64,000 nt of DNA. Origin: Bacteroidetes bacterium RIFCSPLOWO2_12_FULL_37_12. Its GTDB lineage: Bacteria > Bacteroidota > Bacteroidia > 2-12-FULL-37-12. Shown here one piece after another: positions 60,185 to 64,000 of this stretch. Numbering within the stretch: the stretch's first letter is position 1; each line of letters starts with the position of its first letter. The notes below the pieces were generated by a model. That model ran no database searches, was not told the origin of the DNA, and was given only the letters and a program-made list of their open reading frames with translations. The DNA is taken from assembly GCA_001769655.1 (NCBI GenBank), contig MEPC01000039.1, positions 154 to 64,153 of the forward strand, given 5' to 3'. The position numbers were made by a program, and so were the translations under genes.

Positions 60185-60978
60185 AAATAGATTTGCTCAA
60201 CATTCCTAAGGAAGTATTATTAAAAAAATTAAAAGCAATTCGGCGGAAAGGTTGGATTCACACAAACCGTTCGAAGAACGATGGTGCTGTCGGAAATACA
60301 CTGGAAGATTTATTGGAAATTCCTGAAAATAATTTAGCTATTGCAAATACCGTTGATTGGGAACTGAAAGCACAACGCAAGAGCACCGGGTCAATGATTA
60401 CCTTGTTTCATATTGACCCACAACCGAGAAAACCCGAAAGTGTTGTCACAAGAATTATTTTACCAAATTATGGATGGTCTCACAAAGAGGCAGGAAAAAA
60501 ATATCCGAAAACTGAAATGAGTTTCCGTGCTACACTAAATGGCGTTTCCTATACCGATAGAGGATTTAAATTGAATGTTGAGAGTGTCAGACGAACTGTT
60601 GAAATTGTTTTTAATCCAAAAAAAACTCACAAGAAACACTACGATTGGTATAATAGAGTTGTTGGTTATCATGGAGAAGTTGAAAAAGTATTTGCATCTT
60701 GGTCATTTGATGATTTGCAAAAAAAATGTATCGGTAAAATTTGCAATACTATTTATGTGGTTGCAGATAGTCGAACTGTCAATGGGCAAGAAGAATTTAA
60801 ATATGAAAAAATTGAACTTTTAGAAGATTTTGCTTTCAATAATTTTCTTCGTGGTCTCATCAATGGAAAAATACTTGTTGATTTTGATGCCCGTACCGGA
60901 CATAACCATGGAACAAAATTTCGAATCAAACAAAACAATTGGCCGGTCTTGTTTTCCAAAGTTACAGAATTGAAGTAA
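60181..60978 (+). CDS. Type II restriction endonuclease, MutH/MvaI/BcnI-like (tentative)
   Basis: Its start overlaps the MTase stop (ATGA). VDWELKAQRK fits a D...E.K nuclease core. The family assignment is from memory of this fold, not from a search. Confidence 0.5.
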   Translation: MKIDLLNIPKEVLLKKLKAIRRKGWIHTNRSKNDGAVGNTLEDLLEIPENNLAIANTVDWELKAQRKSTGSMITLFHIDPQPRKPESVVTRIILPNYGWSHKEAGKKYPKTEMSFRATLNGVSYTDRGFKLNVESVRRTVEIVFNPKKTHKKHYDWYNRVVGYHGEVEKVFASWSFDDLQKKCIGKICNTIYVVADSRTVNGQEEFKYEKIELLEDFAFNNFLRGLINGKILVDFDARTGHNHGTKFRIKQNNWPVLFSKVTELK

Positions 60979-60999
60979 GTGTTTTTTACAAACTGAAGT

Positions 61000-61550
61000 C
61001 CCAATTCCATTTTGTACGACAGTCCTGCTTTTGTCATACAGCTGTGGGAACCACAAGAGTGAAACATTACAAAACGCCCTTCTGCCAAATGTGTCCTGTA
61101 TTAAATCAATGTACAAAAAATACGGGAGGAAGAGGAAGGGTAATTGAGCGGAACGAAAATCAGGATGCAGTGGATAGAAATAATTTCAGAATAAAAACAC
61201 AAAGAGAGCTTTACAACAGACGGCAACAAATTTGCGAGCATCCCTTTGGTACGATTAAACGACAATGGGGATTTACCTACACCTTACTCAAAGGATTACA
61301 AAAAGTGGACGGAGAGATGGGAATCATTTTTATCTGCTACAATTTAAGAAGAACCATTTCAATATTCGGAGTAAAAAAACTATTGAAGAAACTTAAAAAA
61401 TGGAAACCGGATTATCCGCCAAAGGACGGATTCGGTAAGGCGAACAAAAATACACTTAGCCAAGGAGGGAAAATTTTGTTTTTGCATAAAAGTGACACAA
61501 TGCGAGGTGTTGTGGCACTAGTAAAATTTTCATATTGTCTTACGGCATGA
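61000..61550 (+). mobile_element. IS1182-family transposase, 3' fragment only
   Basis: FCQMCPVLNQCTKN...YNRRQQICEHPFGTIKRQWGFTYTLLKGLQKVDGEMGIIFICYNLRRTISI matches the C-terminal third of IS1182-type DDE transposases. The N-terminal two thirds are missing. Confidence 0.7.
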
Positions 61551-61655
61551 AAAAATGGAACGCTCTTAATGCTTCTGTTGGGTTGTAATAGAATTTAAAA
61601 CGGGATTTTGAAATGGAAATCTTTAAAAAATAGGTTTTTTCACAATCTGACGGCA

Positions 61656-62004
61656 GTCCGTCTAAAAACTACCTTTCACCAGCAAAAATACATAAAAAAC
61701 GGATGTAATAGAAGCGATATGCGGAAGGGAAAAAAATAGTGTGGAATAAAAATTAAAAATTTGAAATCAACCTGTAGTGGTATTTTGATTTTAGGGAAGT
61801 CAAAAATCCAGAAAATAAAAAAATAAGTTCTCTCTGAAACTTCTTGAACATATTTTTGTAAACAAAACCACTCTACTTTTTTAACGAAACCCATAGAAAA
61901 AAAACACAACGATCAAGGGGGGAAAAAACTTCCGCCAGAGGCAGATTTAGTGCAACAGTGGTTGAATTGCATGTTATAAGGACGCAATGAACCTTAGTTG
62001 TTAG
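61656..62004 (-). repeat. Island repeat R2 (full length)
   Basis: See R1. Confidence 0.85.
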
Positions 62005-62159
62005 TGATAGGTGTTCTCTTTTGTCCGTCTTGTCAGCCGATACTTTCTTCGGATTTGTTCCAAGCGTTTGCGTCTCAACGCTGGATTTTTTTCATACTCT
62101 TTTTGCAATTTTTTTCTTATGGAACGCATTTCTTTAACTGCATCAAATTCTTTTTCCAT
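62001..62159 (-). CDS. Small basic helical protein (52 aa) downstream of the PIN gene; candidate partner
   Basis: Below the track size cutoff. Own translation: MEKEFDAVKEMRSIRKKLQKEYEKNPALRRKRLEQIRRKYRLTRRTKENTYH. The start is 8 nt after the PIN stop, and the stop lies inside R2. Confidence 0.45.
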   Translation of the reverse strand: MEKEFDAVKEMRSIRKKLQKEYEKNPALRRKRLEQIRRKYRLTRRTKENTYH

Positions 62160-62167
62160 TGTTTTAT

Positions 62168-62620
62168 TTATTTTAAGATTTCTCTTGGGTTACGAATTTC
62201 AAGCATTGTATAACCGTTCATCAAATTTACCGCATTGTATTTCCTAATACGGTCAAGGTTAACAATGTGTTTAAAGTTCCAACTTACCAAAACATCAACT
62301 TTGTTAACTGTAGCAATAGCAATGTGCAAAGCATCTTCGTGAGATTTTTGAGTTACTGCTTTCTCCTTGATATATTTGTCAGCAAGTTCTTCCGCTTGTT
62401 CGTCATTAAAAACATATTCTTTATGGTCGTTGGGAATAGTGTCAAGGTGATTGCAAACTTCTGGTCTTGAAAAAGAAAGTTCGTCAAGCGTGATGTCAGA
62501 AATTACAGCAATTTTATTTCCACTCCGAAAATCGTCAAATAACTTGTCCGACCATTCCTTAAATTCTTTGTCAAAGCAACCACCAACTACTGAAGTGTCA
62601 ATGTAAATCCGTTGTTTCAT
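62168..62620 (-). CDS. PIN-domain nuclease (VapC-like)
   Basis: Acidic residues in the typical PIN context: IYIDTSV, DELSF, EDALHIAIA and VSWNFKHI. Confidence 0.75.
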   Translation of the reverse strand: MKQRIYIDTSVVGGCFDKEFKEWSDKLFDDFRSGNKIAVISDITLDELSFSRPEVCNHLDTIPNDHKEYVFNDEQAEELADKYIKEKAVTQKSHEDALHIAIATVNKVDVLVSWNFKHIVNLDRIRKYNAVNLMNGYTMLEIRNPREILK

Positions 62621-62638
62621 AGTTTATTTATCTGTCCG

Positions 62639-62646
62639 CAAATTTA
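62639..62646 (-). promoter_or_regulatory. Putative -7 promoter box of the PIN operon
   Basis: On the minus strand, taaatttg (TAnnTTTG) lies 18 nt upstream of the PIN ATG. Confidence 0.35.
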
Positions 62647-62861
62647 AGAATTTTATTTCAATTGTTCCATCACGGTGCGGTCGTCATACGCTTACCGCTA
62701 ACTGCAGTTTGTGAAAAATCCCACCTTAATTTGTGATAAATATCCATTAAAACTTTTATTTACACACAGACGAATAAAAATCTAGTCCACTGTTTCAGCG
62801 CTTTTCGTGCTCATTGCACAATCATATATTTGTGCAAAATTTAACTTAATTTAAAAAATTT

Positions 62862-62960
62862 ATGAAACATACATGTGGACTAGATGTGCACAAAGATACG
62901 ATTTTTTGTGCCATCTATAATGGTAAAAAAAGCAGCGAAGTAAAAGAGTATTCAACTCGG
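62862..62960 (+). mobile_element. IS110-family transposase, N-terminal fragment (about 32 codons)
   Basis: MKHTCGLDVHKDTIFCAIYNGKK matches the N-terminal GxDVHKD motif of IS110-family transposases. Similarity is lost after about 62960. Confidence 0.65.
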
Positions 62961-62989
62961 CAAGGTTACTTTTGGTTACAAAGATTACC

Positions 62990-63309
62990 GCAAAGGGGCG
63001 CAAAAACTGGAAATGACACTGGAAGGTATGGAATTCATAAGAAGGTTTTGTATGCACATACTGCCCTCAAAATTTGTGAAAATACGCCATTACGGAATAC
63101 TCAGTGCCACAAGTAAAAAAACGACTCTTCCACAAATCAAATCTTTGTTACCGGAACAATCCCAGATTAAAAAAGCACCGGAAGAACCCAGAGAATTAAA
63201 TGAATTTAAACCGGGTATATGTCCTTATTGCAAAACAGAAACGATGCTTACGATAGAAATATTTTTTAAGCGAGGACCTCCCGTGTCATTTCTAAAAAAC
63301 AGTGCATGA
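62990..63309 (+). mobile_element. IS91-family (HUH/Y2) transposase, C-terminal fragment
   Basis: FIRRFCMHILPSKFVKIRHYGILS followed by CPYC matches the tail of IS91-family transposases. Confidence 0.65.
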
Positions 63310-63643
63310 ATAAAAATTTTAAATTTTACATCGCAAAAAAAACTGCAAATGAGCAAGATGGGAGTGCTATTTTCATCAAAGAAAAAAACAAGATAAAATT
63401 TTTTGAACTATTCAAAAAGCAAATCCAAAAAAGAAATTTATTATTTAAAAAGATGAAGAAAAAAAATCTTTATAAAAGAAACAGCAAGAACATCAACATA
63501 GTTACTCTATCTATTTAACGAAATCCCCATAGAGGAAAAAAACACAACAATCAAGGGGAAAAAAAACTTCCATCCAGAGGCCGATTCAGTGCAACAGTGG
63601 CTTCATTGCATATCCTATGGACGCAACGAAGCCTTAGTTGTTA
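63295..63643 (-). repeat. Island repeat R4 (core plus diverged extension; distal end replaced by the IS91 fragment)
   Basis: The core ttaacgaaatccccatag...ccagaggccgattcagtgcaacagtggcttcattgcat...ggacgcaacgaagccttagttgtta is conserved. The extension still aligns in blocks (cagtgcatgaataaaaatt, aaatccaaaaaagaaa). Confidence 0.75.
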
Positions 63644-63654
63644 CCAGCTGCCTT

Positions 63655-64000
63655 TTATTTGATAATTGAAATAAGGTTCTTTTCAGCCAATTCCAATATT
63701 GTGTAAGTTTTACCTTCAACCACCACCTTCATTTCAAATATTTCAGATATAGGTGAAATATAGGAAACATTTGGACCGTCATCATTGAAATCAAAACTTG
63801 TACTATTTACACCTATAATTTGTCCCGCTTCATTCGCAACTGGAGCACCACTTGCTCCACCCAATATTTTCATATTTGTTTCATAACAATGTCCTGGGAG
63901 CATATAACTATCCCGACCATTTGGAAATTCTTGGGTTACGTTACCAAAATGCCAAGAAGTATTAAAGTCTAATATCCATTTTCCTTCTTCCCTTTTGATT
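63655..64000 (-). CDS. Trypsin-like (S1/S1C) serine protease, C-terminal part; continues past the window end
   Basis: GGASGAPV active-site serine context. The frame stays open from 63903 up to position 64000, so the listed Met is not the start. Confidence 0.65.
   Translation of the reverse strand, partial: IKREEGKWILDFNTSWHFGNVTQEFPNGRDSYMLPGHCYETNMKILGGASGAPVANEAGQIIGVNSTSFDFNDDGPNVSYISPISEIFEMKVVVEGKTYTILELAEKNLISIIK

Noticed and set aside
63306-63518. 70-aa Lys-rich plus-strand ORF
   Set aside because: It is a low-complexity translation of the A-rich extension of repeat R4, with no homologous ORF in R1 or R2.
57148-63643. Calling the island repeats canonical integron attC sites
   Set aside because: On the gene strand the boxes read TAACAAC ... 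GTTGAGT or GTTGTGT. Only R1 fits GTTRRRY, and none fits RYYYAAC exactly. The internal hairpin is off-centre and no intI is in the window. This is kept as a hypothesis only (see findings).

Overview
Low-GC Bacteroidota chromosome segment. The phylum call rests on the 16S sequence, three cargo proteins with T9SS C-terminal sorting domains, and TAnnTTTG-type -7 promoter boxes. Positions 1-57100 are mostly housekeeping genes: ftsX, a DUF3098-like gene, uppP, RNase P RNA, tsaC, a Wzz-like/O-antigen-ligase-like/TPR-CHAT operon, maf, accC, ccmB, rsmD, a large hybrid histidine kinase, dapA, cinA, a NifU-like gene, mrp, an ECF sigma factor, nth and a UvrD-like helicase-nuclease. Four things stand out. 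(1) Positions 57148-64000 hold an accessory island where five same-orientation copies of a conserved repeat (R0-R4) bracket unrelated minus-strand cassettes: a lipoprotein, a HigBA-like pair with a dead toxin, a PIN gene plus a 52-aa ORF, and a trypsin-like protease. The island is interrupted by a plus-strand type II R-M pair and truncated IS1182-, IS110- and IS91-family fragments. The layout resembles an integron cassette array, but no integrase is visible and the array runs off the window. (2) A complete 16S rRNA gene has its own leader/trailer processing stem but no ITS tRNAs, 23S or 5S downstream, so it appears unlinked. (3) A lipoprotein plus T9SS-cargo gene module is tandemly duplicated with truncated copies, carries a G13 tract inside one lipoprotein gene, and has a junction running into the 3' end of maf. 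(4) Several families of short tandem repeats form hairpin arms in many intergenic regions, often touching start or stop codons. All functional calls come from reading motifs in the supplied translations and the raw sequence. No database search was run.
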